64,000 bases of DNA from an uncultured Gemmatimonadaceae bacterium. Lineage in GTDB: Bacteria > Gemmatimonadota > Gemmatimonadetes > Gemmatimonadales > Gemmatimonadaceae. The number at the start of each line of letters is the position of its first letter. The stretch's first letter is position 1. Below the pieces are notes generated by a model. It ran no database searches. It was not told the origin of the DNA and saw only the letters and a list, made by a program, of their open reading frames with translations. Where the stretch lies: positions 32,001 through 96,000 of the forward strand of contig CAWBOC010000001.1 in assembly GCA_963790305.1 (NCBI GenBank), given 5' to 3'. Position numbers and translations under genes: made by a program. Of the stretch, positions 1-9,928 are shown piece after piece.

Positions 1-48
1 GGCACCGAGAAGCAGGAGCGCGACGGTCACCTTCACGCAGAGTTGCAT
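1..48 (-). CDS. Partial (N-terminus only): probable secreted arylesterase/TesA-like protein divergent from the ybbA-like ABC gene
   Basis: Minus-strand frame MQLCVKVTVALLLLGA runs off the window edge and looks like a signal peptide; tesA is classically divergent from ybbA. Product is inferred from context only. Confidence 0.35.
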   Translation of the reverse strand, partial: MQLCVKVTVALLLLGA

Positions 49-721
49 GCTCGAGGCTCGGGGTCTCACGAAGTCCTACGAAAGTGGCGCGCAGACACTG
101 ACCGTGCTCCGCGATGTGAACTTTACCATCCGCGACGGCGAATTCGTCGCGATCATCGGACCATCGGGGAGCGGCAAGACGACGCTCCTCGGCCTGCTCG
201 CCGGGCTCGACGTGCCAAGCGCTGGGACAGTGATTCTCGACGGGGCTGACCTCGCGGCGCTCGGCGAAGACGCGCGCGCGCGGCTCCGCGGAGAGAAAGT
301 TGGCTTCGTGTTCCAGAGCTTTCAATTGATCCCGACGCTGACCGCACTGGAAAACGTTCAAGTCCCCCTCGAGCTTCGGGGGGACCGTCACGCGGCCGAC
401 CGTGCGCGCGACTTGCTGGCGCGGGTCGGGCTGGCCGCGCGCACACACCACTATCCGGTGCAGCTGTCGGGTGGCGAGCAGCAGCGCGTCGCGATCGCGC
501 GCGCGTTCTCCAATTCGCCGAAGGTGCTCTTTGCGGATGAGCCGACCGGCAATCTCGACGCCTCCACGGGCGGGCGTATCGTCGAGCTGCTCGAGTCGCT
601 CAATCGGGAGGACGGAACGACTCTCGTCCTCGTGACCCACGATCCGGCAATCGCCGGACGGGCACGCCGCGTCGTGCGACTGAGTGACGGCGCCGTGATC
701 TCGGACGCAGCGGCCGCATGA
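47..721 (+). CDS. ABC transporter ATP-binding protein (YbbA/LolD-like)
   Basis: Walker A GPSGSGKT, signature [14 protein letters not shown], Walker B/D-loop [11 protein letters not shown]. Confidence 0.95.
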   Translation: MLEARGLTKSYESGAQTLTVLRDVNFTIRDGEFVAIIGPSGSGKTTLLGLLAGLDVPSAGTVILDGADLAALGEDARARLRGEKVGFVFQSFQLIPTLTALENVQVPLELRGDRHAADRARDLLARVGLAARTHHYPVQLSGGEQQRVAIARAFSNSPKVLFADEPTGNLDASTGGRIVELLESLNREDGTTLVLVTHDPAIAGRARRVVRLSDGAVISDAAAA

Positions 722-3270
722 GCCTCGCCTGGCGACAGCTCGCCGCACTTGCCTGGCGAGACTCGCGCGCCGTTCGACGGCGCCTCGCCCTCTTCATGTC
801 GGCGATCTCGATCGGGGTGGCAGCCCTCGTCGCGATCGACTCGTACGCCGCGAACGTGACGGCCGCGGTGCATGAGCAATCGCGAGCGCTCCTGGGGGGC
901 GACCTGACCGTGCGGTCTCGGTCCGCCTTCACGCCCGCGGTCGACACGGTGCTCGATTCCCTGCGTGGCGCCGGATCGCGCGTCGCACGGATCACCTCGT
1001 TCGCATCGATGGCGGTCGTCCGGGGACGGCCGGGAACGCGACTGGTGCAAGTGCGCGCGGTCGAGCCGGGATTTCCGTTCTACGGAACGATCGACACCCG
1101 GCCGGCCAACCAGTGGGCGACGCTTCACGACCGCGCGAACGTCCTCGTCGATCCATCGCTGCTCATCGCGCTGGACGCGCAGGTCGGCGACTCGCTTCAG
1201 TTGGGCTTCGCGACCTTCACCATCGCCGGAACGCTCGAGAACGTTCCGGGCGACGCCGGGATCGCGTCCGCGTTCGGACCGCGCGTGTTCATTCCCGCGT
1301 CGCAACTCGACGCCACCGGCCTCCTCGTCTTTGGGAGCCGAGCCGAATACGAGGCGATGATCGCCGTGCCCCAGGGGACCGACGTCGACAAGCTCGCCAA
1401 GGACGTGCGCGCCGATCTCGATAGCACGCGCACGCGGGTGCGCACAGCGGCTGACACCGAGCGAAACCTCACCGATGGCGTCACGCAGCTGCATCGCTTT
1501 CTGGGCATCGTCGGCCTGGTCGCTCTACTTCTCGGTGGCATTGGCGTCGCCAGCGCCATCCACGCCTACGTCTCCGAAAAGATCGACACCGTGGCGATTC
1601 TCCGATGCCTTGGCGCGACCACCGCGCAGGTCATCGCGATCTACGCCGCGACCGCCGCCGCCATGGGATTGCTTGGCGCGTTCGGCGGGGTGATCCTCGG
1701 AGTGCTCACACAGTTCGCGTTGCCGGGAGTGCTCGGTGATTTCATGCCGGTCGACGTGCGGCCGACGCTGGCGCCAGGCGCGCTCATCGCCGGCCTCATC
1801 ACCGGCGTGTGGGTCGCATTGATCTTCGCGCTCCGCCCACTGCTCGCTATCCGGCACGTGTCGCCGCTGCAGGCGCTGCGACGTACCGTGAGCGAGCTGC
1901 CGCGCGGCCGGTGGTGGCGTGACGTGCCGCGACTCCTCGCCACGGCGGCGCTCGTGGTCAGCCTCGTCATCATCACCAGGGCTCGCGCGGGCGACTGGGA
2001 GGAGACGCTCGGGATGCTGGCGGCGATCGGCGGTGCCCTGCTCGTGCTGGTCCTCGCCGCCATCGGCCTCACCTGGCTCGCGCGGCGTGTCGTGCGCGAC
2101 GACTGGCCGTTCGTCATTCGCCACGGCATCTCCAGCCTCTACCGGCCCGGAAGTCAGACGCGTCCGATCGTCCTCGCGTTAGGGTTCGGCGCCTTTCTCA
2201 TCAGCACGCTCTACGTCACACAGGCGAATCTCATTCGCCATCTCACCCTCAGCGGCGAGGCGACCCGCGCCAACGTCGCGTTCTTCGATGTCCAGGCCGA
2301 CCAGATCGAGCGGGTGGACTCGATGGTGCGGCAGCAAGGGCATCCGATCCTCCAGCGAGTGCCAATCGTGCCGATGCGCATTGCGCAGATCGGCTCGCGC
2401 AGTGTCGGGGAGCTCATCGCGGACACGACCGATCAGGTATCGGGTTGGGCGGTTCGACGCGAATATCGGTCGAGCTGGCGGGACACGCTGGTGGGCTCCG
2501 AGCGCATCGTCGAGGGGAAGTGGTTCACTCCCGCGGCGCCTGGCGCGCGGGACCTTCCAGAGGTCTCGCTCGAGCGCGAGATCGCGACCGAGCTCGAGGT
2601 CGCCATCGGCGATACGATCGTGTGGGACGTACAGGGGGTGCAGGTGCCGACCCGCCTTACGAGCATCCGCGAAGTCAACTGGGCACGCTTCGAGCCGAAC
2701 TTCTTCGCGGTGTTCGAGCCGGGGGCGCTCGACGGTGCGCCCACGTCCCACGTTGTACTATCGGGCATTAACGACGCGACCGCGCGCGCGCGGCTTCAGC
2801 GCGCGGTAGTGGACGTCTACCCGAACGTCTCGAGTCTGGATCTCGCCACGATTCAGGAGTCGGTCGAGCGCATTCTCGATAAGGTGGCGGTGGCCGTCCG
2901 CTTCATGGCGCTGTTCAGCCTGGCGACGGGCGCGCTGGTGCTCTTCTCGGCCGTCGCCGCGACCCGGCGACGGCGCGTGCGCGAGGCGGTGCTCCTGCGC
3001 ACGTTAGGCGCGACGCGTCAGCAGATCCGGCGCATGATGCTCACCGAGTACGCGGTGCTCGGCGCACTCGGCGCGGCGACGGGAATGCTGTTGTCGATCG
3101 GCGGCGCCTGGGGGATCGTGCACTACATGTTCGAGCTTCCCTTCGCGCTCGCCTCCGGCGCCTCACTCGCGATCGCCGGGGGGATGATGCTCCTGACGAT
3201 CGTGCTGGGCCTCACGAGCGGGCGACGGGTGATGGCCGAGACGCCGATGGCGGCGCTGAGGGAGGCGTGA
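718..3270 (+). CDS. ABC transporter permease, YbbP/FtsX-MacB family (two FtsX domains)
   Basis: 850 aa, duplicated TM/periplasmic halves, 'ILRCLGAT' and 'LLRTLGAT' motifs, ATGA overlap with the ATPase gene. Confidence 0.92.
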   Translation: MSLAWRQLAALAWRDSRAVRRRLALFMSAISIGVAALVAIDSYAANVTAAVHEQSRALLGGDLTVRSRSAFTPAVDTVLDSLRGAGSRVARITSFASMAVVRGRPGTRLVQVRAVEPGFPFYGTIDTRPANQWATLHDRANVLVDPSLLIALDAQVGDSLQLGFATFTIAGTLENVPGDAGIASAFGPRVFIPASQLDATGLLVFGSRAEYEAMIAVPQGTDVDKLAKDVRADLDSTRTRVRTAADTERNLTDGVTQLHRFLGIVGLVALLLGGIGVASAIHAYVSEKIDTVAILRCLGATTAQVIAIYAATAAAMGLLGAFGGVILGVLTQFALPGVLGDFMPVDVRPTLAPGALIAGLITGVWVALIFALRPLLAIRHVSPLQALRRTVSELPRGRWWRDVPRLLATAALVVSLVIITRARAGDWEETLGMLAAIGGALLVLVLAAIGLTWLARRVVRDDWPFVIRHGISSLYRPGSQTRPIVLALGFGAFLISTLYVTQANLIRHLTLSGEATRANVAFFDVQADQIERVDSMVRQQGHPILQRVPIVPMRIAQIGSRSVGELIADTTDQVSGWAVRREYRSSWRDTLVGSERIVEGKWFTPAAPGARDLPEVSLEREIATELEVAIGDTIVWDVQGVQVPTRLTSIREVNWARFEPNFFAVFEPGALDGAPTSHVVLSGINDATARARLQRAVVDVYPNVSSLDLATIQESVERILDKVAVAVRFMALFSLATGALVLFSAVAATRRRRVREAVLLRTLGATRQQIRRMMLTEYAVLGALGAATGMLLSIGGAWGIVHYMFELPFALASGASLAIAGGMMLLTIVLGLTSGRRVMAETPMAALREA

Positions 3271-3273
3271 GGG

Positions 3274-3340
3274 CGAATACGGAAGACGGAATGCGGAAAC
3301 GCGGAAGCGTTTGACATCCGCATTCCGCATTCCGTATTCG
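3274..3340. repeat. Inverted arms of 7-mer tandem repeats (GCGGAAT / ATTCCGC) between convergent genes
   Basis: cgaatacggaagacggaatgcggaaacgcggaa ... tccgcattccgcattccgtattcg. Confidence 0.85.
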
Positions 3341-3342
3341 GA

Positions 3343-4551
3343 TCAGGGCTCCATCTTCCAGAAGTCGATCCCCCCCGCCTGCTGTCCCACGTCCACCGTC
3401 GCGATGGTCTTGAAGGTCGCGAGGTCGATCATCTCCACGGTGCCCGGCTCGGAGCCGATCCCCTCGACGGAAATGAAGACGTAGCGATTGTCGGGCGAGA
3501 TGACCGCGCCGTGCACGACCTTCCGCTTCGTAGGCACGCGCGCGAGCTCTCGACCGCTGGCGATCTCGATGACCGAGACCGACTGCCCTCGTTTGTTCGT
3601 GCCGACGAGAAGGCGCCCGTCGCCCGACACGGCGAGATTGTACACGCCCGGGCCGGCGGGAATCCGGCGCGTCATCTTCCAGGTCACGACGTCGATCTCC
3701 ACGATGTCGCTCGACTTGTTGCAGGCGACGTAGACCTTCGAGCCATCGCTCGACGGCTGCGCCCACGTGGGGGAGCACGCGTCATCCCCTGGTTTCGGGG
3801 GCGTCATACCGTGCCCTGACGCATCGTGCTGCTGATGCGAGCCGGCGGCCATCTCGCGGTGCGGCGGCCCGGCGTCGCCATGCTCCTTTCCCTTGGTGAC
3901 CATGAAGTGTCGAGACGCGCCAAAGGTCCGTGTGTCGATCTCGACGACCATGTCATCCATCATGCAGGCGGAGTACTGCTTCGTCCCCTGCGGGTTGACC
4001 CGCGAGCCGTGCGGCATCACGCACGTCGTCGTGCGCGCGACCTCGACCATCGCTTCGGTGGCGACGATGGACACCGACGACGGCACCGGGTCGCCGTGCA
4101 GATTGAAGTTCACCACGTAGAGGAACTCGCCGTCGGGCGTCGTCTGCATCGTCGCGGGGAAGTTGCCGAGCTCGACGCGGCCCTTCAGCGTGTCCCCGAC
4201 CGTGGTGTACTTCCACACGGTGCCGAAGGGCGTTCCATGGGCGATGGAGACGTAGTAGTAGCGACCGTCGGGGGAGACGGCGACGCCATGCGGACCATCC
4301 ACGTCGGCGGGCATGATGCCCGTCGTCAGTCTATGGTCGACGTTGCCCCCGTTCGGCCCAAACCGCAGCAGCGCGATCTCGTCGGCCGATTCTGCTACGA
4401 CGTATACCAGGTAGCTGCGGTCAGGCATCGCGGGTGCAGCCGAGACCGGCGTGGCCGCGGGGGCCGGGTCGGGTCGCGCGGCCGGAGATTTCGCGCACGC
4501 AGCCAGGGCGGCACACGCGAGCAGCGGGAGATGGATCGGAGAGAAACGCAT
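3343..4551 (-). CDS. YncE/YVTN-type beta-propeller lipoprotein
   Basis: Start chosen at MRFSPIHLPLLACAALAAC (lipobox); repeated 'PHGVAVSPDG', 'YVVN', 'VSVI' blades. Confidence 0.85.
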   Translation of the reverse strand: MRFSPIHLPLLACAALAACAKSPAARPDPAPAATPVSAAPAMPDRSYLVYVVAESADEIALLRFGPNGGNVDHRLTTGIMPADVDGPHGVAVSPDGRYYYVSIAHGTPFGTVWKYTTVGDTLKGRVELGNFPATMQTTPDGEFLYVVNFNLHGDPVPSSVSIVATEAMVEVARTTTCVMPHGSRVNPQGTKQYSACMMDDMVVEIDTRTFGASRHFMVTKGKEHGDAGPPHREMAAGSHQQHDASGHGMTPPKPGDDACSPTWAQPSSDGSKVYVACNKSSDIVEIDVVTWKMTRRIPAGPGVYNLAVSGDGRLLVGTNKRGQSVSVIEIASGRELARVPTKRKVVHGAVISPDNRYVFISVEGIGSEPGTVEMIDLATFKTIATVDVGQQAGGIDFWKMEP

Positions 4552-4872
4552 GAAGACGATCCCCAAAGGACCAACGTCGGGTGGAGTGGAGTAGCTCAAT
4601 CTAGGTTCTTCCGGGATTTCCGAAATTGGCCGACCGAAGCTTCTCTTGCCGGTACCCCGCCCTCCCTCCCCACGGTCCAATCTGGCGTTTCGCGCAATGA
4701 TGTCGGATCGCTACACCGATCGTTGGTGCGACACCACGGTGTCGTTTACACGCCACTCTTGCAGAATCCACCGGGGACTCTCACTATGTGACGCCCATCA
4801 CACTCGAGCACGGCAGAACCGCAGCATCGCGCGAGTCGGGATGCACCACCCCACACCCCCCGGAGGCTCGTG

Positions 4873-4959
4873 ATGCGTCACCTCAATGCGGCGCGAGACT
4901 TTCTCGTTCCACTGGCCGGGATCGCCTTCTTCGTGATGCTGGCCACGCTCGTGGCGTGA
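4873..4959 (+). CDS. Putative 28-aa single-TM small protein (MRHLNAARDFLVPLAGIAFFVMLATLVA)
   Basis: GGAGG at 4862-4866 upstream of ATG, hydrophobic helix, strong hairpin downstream; not in the ORF track because it is too short. Confidence 0.55.
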   Translation: MRHLNAARDFLVPLAGIAFFVMLATLVA

Positions 4960-5006
4960 ACACGAATCGGCGACGCAGCCGAAGTCGGGCAATGCGCAAT
5001 CTGCAG

Positions 5007-5050
5007 TGAGAAACGAGGAGCGAGGCCGGGTGCCCGCTCCTCGTTTCTCA
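5007..5050. terminator. Hairpin terminator, probably bidirectional, between convergent genes
   Basis: Perfect 16-bp stem tgagaaacgaggagcg / cgctcctcgtttctca. Confidence 0.75.
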
Positions 5051-5054
5051 TTGC

Positions 5055-5645
5055 TCACTCGGGCGGCAGATACTGGCGAGGAATTGGATTGCCCGGCCGC
5101 TCGAAATCCCAAAAGATCGTGACGACCCACCACCGCTCGCCGTTGGTCACCAGCTGGATGCTGTTGATCCCGCGACTGAAGGGCGGCGAGTCGGGCCTAT
5201 TCACGCGCGACTCGTACGTCGAAAACACATGCGCCACGTTGCCGTAGCGCTCGACACGATGCGCGATCTCCCGCTCCCAGAAGCCATCCCGCTTCAGGAA
5301 CGGGTCGGCAGAGGACACATACTCCTCGACGGTCATGTTGCGAGACGGGACGCGCCCATCCTGCGACGGGGCGGCTACGATGAGGCGGGCGCCACTCGTG
5401 AACAGCGACCGGAACCGGCTCCAGTCCCGGTCCTGCCCGGCCGGCCCCGAGATCACGTCGTAGAGAGCGGCAATGATCGATTCGACTGAGGCGACATTGG
5501 CGGGGCGCGCGGCGGGCGAATCCATCCGCGGCGTCGTGGGGCTCGCCACGGCGACCTCTGCCTGCGGCTCGACGTTAGGCGCGGGCGCCGTCGCGCACGC
5601 GGCGTGAATGAGTAACATCAGGCCAGGCGCGATGCGCGGCATCAT
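5055..5645 (-). CDS. NTF2/SnoaL-like fold lipoprotein (hypothetical)
   Basis: Lipobox-like LIHAAC; conserved pattern 'IIAALYDVISGPAG..RDWSRFRSLF', 'RGINSIQL', 'WWVVTIFW'; RBS GGAGGAAGG upstream. Confidence 0.75.
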   Translation of the reverse strand: MMPRIAPGLMLLIHAACATAPAPNVEPQAEVAVASPTTPRMDSPAARPANVASVESIIAALYDVISGPAGQDRDWSRFRSLFTSGARLIVAAPSQDGRVPSRNMTVEEYVSSADPFLKRDGFWEREIAHRVERYGNVAHVFSTYESRVNRPDSPPFSRGINSIQLVTNGERWWVVTIFWDFERPGNPIPRQYLPPE

Positions 5646-6532
5646 TGTTCCTTCCTCCGCGGTAACGGTTCTTCGAGCGACTTGAGACGTTCCTCCAAAC
5701 GCGTGATCTCCAGCTGCACACCGAGCTCCCGCGCGAGGTCCAAACCCTGGGTATAGCATCGCTGCGCGATATCCTGCTGGCCGTCACGGCGATTGATGTC
5801 GCCAAGGAGGCGCAAGCACTCGACCCGCCGCCATCGGTTTCCGGCCATGTCGAAGTAGCCAAGTGCGGTGCTCGCGGCCTCGTCTGCCTGCTCGAGCTCG
5901 TCGGCGCATAACATCGTCTCGGCCAGGTTCATCGTCGCCAGTGCAGCCAGGTCGAGATCTTCGATCTCCCGCGCGAGGTCGACCGCGCGCGTGAGCACGC
6001 GCTCGGCGATCTCGAAGTTCTCGCCGTCCATCGCCGCGCGCCCGTAATTGTTGAGCGCGAACGCCTGACCCCACAGGTACTCGGCCGCCTGGAAGCAGCT
6101 GTACGATTCGAGAAACCGGTGCTCGGCCGTCTCGAAATCTCCCCCTTCGGCCGCGATGGCTCCGAGATTCTGCAGGGCGACTCCGCGGATGCGTGGGTCG
6201 GTCGTCATGGCGAGAATCCGCTCCAGCAGCGGTCGCGCCGCGGCAAAATCACCCTTGCTCTGGAAGACGGCCGCTTCCGCGTTGAGCGCTTCGGCGTGCG
6301 CGTCGACGAGCTCATGCCGAACAGCAACCGCAGCGCTCTCGCGCGCGGCCTCCAACGCGCCCTCCCAGTCGCAGCGCGTGCGCAGCACGCTCGCCCGGCG
6401 ACGCCAGGCCGTCGCGACTGTCAGCGGGTCGCCGCCACTCGCGGCGGCCTCGTAATGAGCAAGCGCGCGGTCCAGCATGCCGAATTTCTCGAGGCGAAGC
6501 CCTTCCTCAATGTCGCCGGCGGGATCAGGCAT
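5642..6532 (-). CDS. Tetratricopeptide repeat protein
   Basis: Repeated 'ALNAEA', 'ALQNLGAI', 'ALNNYGRA', 'TMNLAE' helical repeats; start uncertain (GTG 6556/6571 also possible). Confidence 0.8.
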   Translation of the reverse strand: MPDPAGDIEEGLRLEKFGMLDRALAHYEAAASGGDPLTVATAWRRRASVLRTRCDWEGALEAARESAAVAVRHELVDAHAEALNAEAAVFQSKGDFAAARPLLERILAMTTDPRIRGVALQNLGAIAAEGGDFETAEHRFLESYSCFQAAEYLWGQAFALNNYGRAAMDGENFEIAERVLTRAVDLAREIEDLDLAALATMNLAETMLCADELEQADEAASTALGYFDMAGNRWRRVECLRLLGDINRRDGQQDIAQRCYTQGLDLARELGVQLEITRLEERLKSLEEPLPRRKEQ

Positions 6533-6582
6533 GTCGGTTGCTGAGTCCGGCGTCACCCTGCCGCCACGCACGAGAGGCTCTC

Positions 6583-7116
6583 ATGGTTCGATGGACGGTT
6601 GTTCGGCGATTCACGACGGTGGCGCTTGCCGCCGCGCTCACTGCATGTAGTGAGCCCACCACCGCACCCACTTTTGACGAGCCCGCTCCAAGTCTGAGCG
6701 GGACGCAGACAGCCTCCGGCCTCCTCGAGTGTCGGAGAACCTTGTTCGACGTTACGTGGGGACTGGTCGGTCCGCTCGGAGGATTGATCTCCCTCGATGG
6801 CCACAGCATCAGCGTGCCTCCGCTCGCGCTCGACCGCGTGGTGCTCGTCGCCCTGCGCACGCCGTCGACGCGCTTCGTCGAAGTGGAAGCCCGCGTCAAT
6901 GGACGAGACCACTTCGAATTCGGGCAGCCCGTTACCGTCACGCTCGACTACTCACGCTGCCAGCCGTGGCAGATCGGCCCGGAGCCACTGACGGTCTGGC
7001 AAATCGATCCCGATACGAAGGAGTTCATTCGAGACATGGGCGGCGTCGACGACCGGGCCAACCGACGCATCTCGTTCACGACCGATCACTTCTCCGGGTA
7101 CGCGGTCGCGCAGTAG
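6583..7116 (+). CDS. Hypothetical lipoprotein (ZU5-like beta domain)
   Basis: Lipobox LTAC; 'GPLGGLISLDGHSISVPPLAL...F.QPVTVTLDY...TDHFSGYAV' resembles ZU5/GPS-like modules. Confidence 0.65.
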   Translation: MVRWTVVRRFTTVALAAALTACSEPTTAPTFDEPAPSLSGTQTASGLLECRRTLFDVTWGLVGPLGGLISLDGHSISVPPLALDRVVLVALRTPSTRFVEVEARVNGRDHFEFGQPVTVTLDYSRCQPWQIGPEPLTVWQIDPDTKEFIRDMGGVDDRANRRISFTTDHFSGYAVAQ

Positions 7117-7132
7117 CCATCCCTGATGTCAA

Positions 7133-8707
7133 TCACCTGCCACTCGACCGCCCAGTAACATTCTGGCGGTCGAGGATGGCGGTGTCGCCACGCGCAGCCT
7201 CCGTGGTGAAGAGCGAGACGACGATCCCGACCGCGAACGACAGCGGTATCGTGATCAACGCCGGATTCTTGAGTGGGAACCACGCGCCGGGCCTGCCCAG
7301 AACGTCCACCTGAATCGTCGGCGAGAACCAAATGAGTGCGAGTGCGGCAGTGGTCCCGATGACCATGCTCGCCACCGCGCCCGCGGTCGTACACCGTCGC
7401 CAGAAGATCGAAAGCACGAGCGCGGGAAAGTTCGCGCTCGCCGCGATCGCGAAGGCGAGGGATACCATGAAGGCCACGTTCTGTCCCTTGAACGTGATGC
7501 CGAGCAGAATCGCCGCGACACCAAGAACGACGGTCGCGACACGCGCGACGCGAAGCTGCTCCTTCGCGTCGGCGTGGGCGTGGCGCACGACGTTGACCCA
7601 CAGGTCATGCGACAGCGCCGCCGCTCCGGAGAGCGTGAGGCCGGCGACGACGGCGAGGATGGTCGCGAAGGCCACCGCGGCGATGAATCCGAGCAGCGGC
7701 GTACCCCCGAGCATTTCCGCCAGCAACGGCGCCGCCATGTTTCCACCCGGATCCACGGCGCGAATGGTCTCGGGACCCACGAGCACCATCGCGCCGAACC
7801 CGAGCACGAACGTCATGAGATAGAAGAATCCAATGAGTCCCGTCGCATAGAACACCGACTTCCGCGCCGCGCGCGCGTCGGGCACGGTGTAGAATCGCAT
7901 GAGGATGTGCGGCAACCCCGCGGTACCGAACATGAGCGCCATGCCAAGCGAAAAGGCATCGAGCGGATTCGACACCAGCCGTCCCGGCGCCAGTACGGCA
8001 TCGCCATAGCGCTCGGCCGCCGCCGCGAACAGGGCGGCGGGATTCATGTCGAAGCGCCAGAGCACCATCAACGCCAGGAGGAGCGCGCCGCCTAACAGGA
8101 GCCCGGCTTTCACGATCTGCACCCAGGTCGTCGCGATCATCCCGCCAAAGAGCACATAGGCGAGCATGGCCACGCCCACCACGATCACCGCCTGCTCGTA
8201 CGGAATGCCGAACATGAGGCGAATCAGTCCCCCTGCCCCGACCATCTGCGCGATGAGGTACAGGAGGACAGTCGCCAGCGTCCCCAGCGCGGCCGCGATC
8301 CGGACGGGGGTTTGCCGAAGTCGCGCCGCGACGACGTCCGCGAACGTGTATCGGCCGAGGTTGCGCAGCGGCTCCGCGATGAGAAAGAGCACGATGGGCC
8401 AGCCGACCAGCCACCCCGTGGAGTAGATCAGGCCGTCGAACCCGGTCGTCGACACGAGGCCCGCAATGCCGAGGAACGACGCGGCACTCATGTAATCGCC
8501 GGCGAGCGCGAAACCGTTCTGTCCCGCGCTCACGGTGCGGCCAGCGGCGTAGAACTCTTCGGTCGTGCGCGTGCGACGAGCGGCCCAGTACGTGATGCCG
8601 AGCGTCACCGCGATGAAGGCGAAGAAGAACCCCATCGCGATTCGATTGGGCTCGCCGAGCCTCGTGGCGCTCGTCGATGCACCCTGCAGGAGGGCAAGGA
8701 GGATCAC
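7133..8707 (-). CDS. actP: Cation/acetate symporter (SSS family)
   Basis: 'QNGFALAGDYMSAASFLG', 'GTAGLPHILMRFYTV', 'AASANFP'; GTG start overlaps the stop of the DUF485 gene. Confidence 0.93.
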   Translation of the reverse strand: MILLALLQGASTSATRLGEPNRIAMGFFFAFIAVTLGITYWAARRTRTTEEFYAAGRTVSAGQNGFALAGDYMSAASFLGIAGLVSTTGFDGLIYSTGWLVGWPIVLFLIAEPLRNLGRYTFADVVAARLRQTPVRIAAALGTLATVLLYLIAQMVGAGGLIRLMFGIPYEQAVIVVGVAMLAYVLFGGMIATTWVQIVKAGLLLGGALLLALMVLWRFDMNPAALFAAAAERYGDAVLAPGRLVSNPLDAFSLGMALMFGTAGLPHILMRFYTVPDARAARKSVFYATGLIGFFYLMTFVLGFGAMVLVGPETIRAVDPGGNMAAPLLAEMLGGTPLLGFIAAVAFATILAVVAGLTLSGAAALSHDLWVNVVRHAHADAKEQLRVARVATVVLGVAAILLGITFKGQNVAFMVSLAFAIAASANFPALVLSIFWRRCTTAGAVASMVIGTTAALALIWFSPTIQVDVLGRPGAWFPLKNPALITIPLSFAVGIVVSLFTTEAARGDTAILDRQNVTGRSSGR

Positions 8708-8979
8708 TTTCGCAACGCCTCGAGGCGCGCGTCGTAATGCGCGTTGGCCCAGTACACATACACCCAGGTGAGGAGCCACGACGCGACGATGACGCACACC
8801 CCCAGCAGAATGCCGAGTGTGAGCCCGGGTGCGACGCGCGTCGCGAGCAGCGGCTTGTCAAAGGCGATGAGCGCGATGAAACCGAAGTACACGGCGATCA
8901 TGATCACCGTCAACAGGATCGCGATCCTCCAACGCGCACGCGCCAGGGCGCGCACCTGATCGTGTGAGTCGTCCACCAT
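8704..8979 (-). CDS. DUF485 (YjcH-like) membrane protein, ActP partner
   Basis: Two TM helices, 'YFGFIALIAF', 'YVYWAN'; RBS GGAGGA; canonical position upstream of actP. Confidence 0.9.
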   Translation of the reverse strand: MVDDSHDQVRALARARWRIAILLTVIMIAVYFGFIALIAFDKPLLATRVAPGLTLGILLGVCVIVASWLLTWVYVYWANAHYDARLEALRK

Positions 8980-9133
8980 TCCTCCGCAATGCAGGGTCAA
9001 CGGGCGCGTGAAGATACGCGGCGGCGCCGCGGGCGGCTACGGCGCGTTCACGCGCGCCGGTGCGCGTTGCCTCAATGCCGCACGCTTGCCCGGGTCGCTG
9101 CACTGTGCGCGCTCACCCAGTACGGAGATCGTC

Positions 9134-9364
9134 ATGCATTCCATGATCGCCGGGCGCGTGGTCATTGTGGCGGCGGCATTGATCGCTGCCTGCGCCGACC
9201 CCGTGGGCCCGACTCAGCGGGTTGTCGAGGACCCGACCGTCGTCGCTGCGTTCGCGCGGCATCGCCCGGGGCCGGGTTCCGTTCCTGATTCGGTTGGTAT
9301 TCCGGCGCCGCCGATTCCGCCCATTTTCGAAGAGATGCCCGCGGGATCCGACGGGGCGCAGTGA
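9134..9364 (+). CDS. Small hypothetical lipoprotein
   Basis: GGAG RBS, lipobox LIAAC. Confidence 0.5.
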   Translation: MHSMIAGRVVIVAAALIAACADPVGPTQRVVEDPTVVAAFARHRPGPGSVPDSVGIPAPPIPPIFEEMPAGSDGAQ

Positions 9365-9419
9365 CCTGTCTTGCGACGCGCGGGTCACTTATCGTGAAGG
9401 CACTCACACGAGAGAGATC

Positions 9420-9860
9420 ATGCGCGTCGCGCTCGCCGCTGCAGCGTTGTTCACCCTTCTCGGCTGTTCCTCAGCTACCGGGCTCGCGCGTTGCGAGCCG
9501 GGCGCGAGTAACTCGGTCGTGTGCGCACGACTGGGTGAGGAATTCGATCTCCGCCTGAACGAAACGGCGTATATCGCCAACACGCCGCTTTCCATTCAAG
9601 CGCTGGCCGTGCCCGAGGACTCGCGCTGCCCGACAGACGTAGTGTGTGCGTGGGCCGGCAACGCGCGCGTTTCGTTGATGCTGCGCGAAGGTGCAAACGC
9701 CAATGCGGCCGACGTCAACTCGACGCTCGAGCCCCGAGCTGTCTCCCGGTTTGGCTATACCGTGGAGCTCGTCGACGTGCGGCCAGGACGCATTTCCACT
9801 CAGACCGTCCCCCCCGAGGCGTACGTCATCCGGCTGGTGGCCAGGCGGGCGAGCAGCTAG
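9420..9860 (+). CDS. Hypothetical lipoprotein with a DSRCP..VVCAWAG motif
   Basis: Lipobox LLGC; conserved Cys-pair motif 'EDSRCPTDVVCAWAGNA'. Confidence 0.75.
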   Translation: MRVALAAAALFTLLGCSSATGLARCEPGASNSVVCARLGEEFDLRLNETAYIANTPLSIQALAVPEDSRCPTDVVCAWAGNARVSLMLREGANANAADVNSTLEPRAVSRFGYTVELVDVRPGRISTQTVPPEAYVIRLVARRASS

Positions 9861-9928
9861 AGGCCCCGAATCCTGCTGGCTCCGAGATTGCTTCTAGTTT
9901 GGGAAGCCGACTACTTGGGGAGGCAGTC

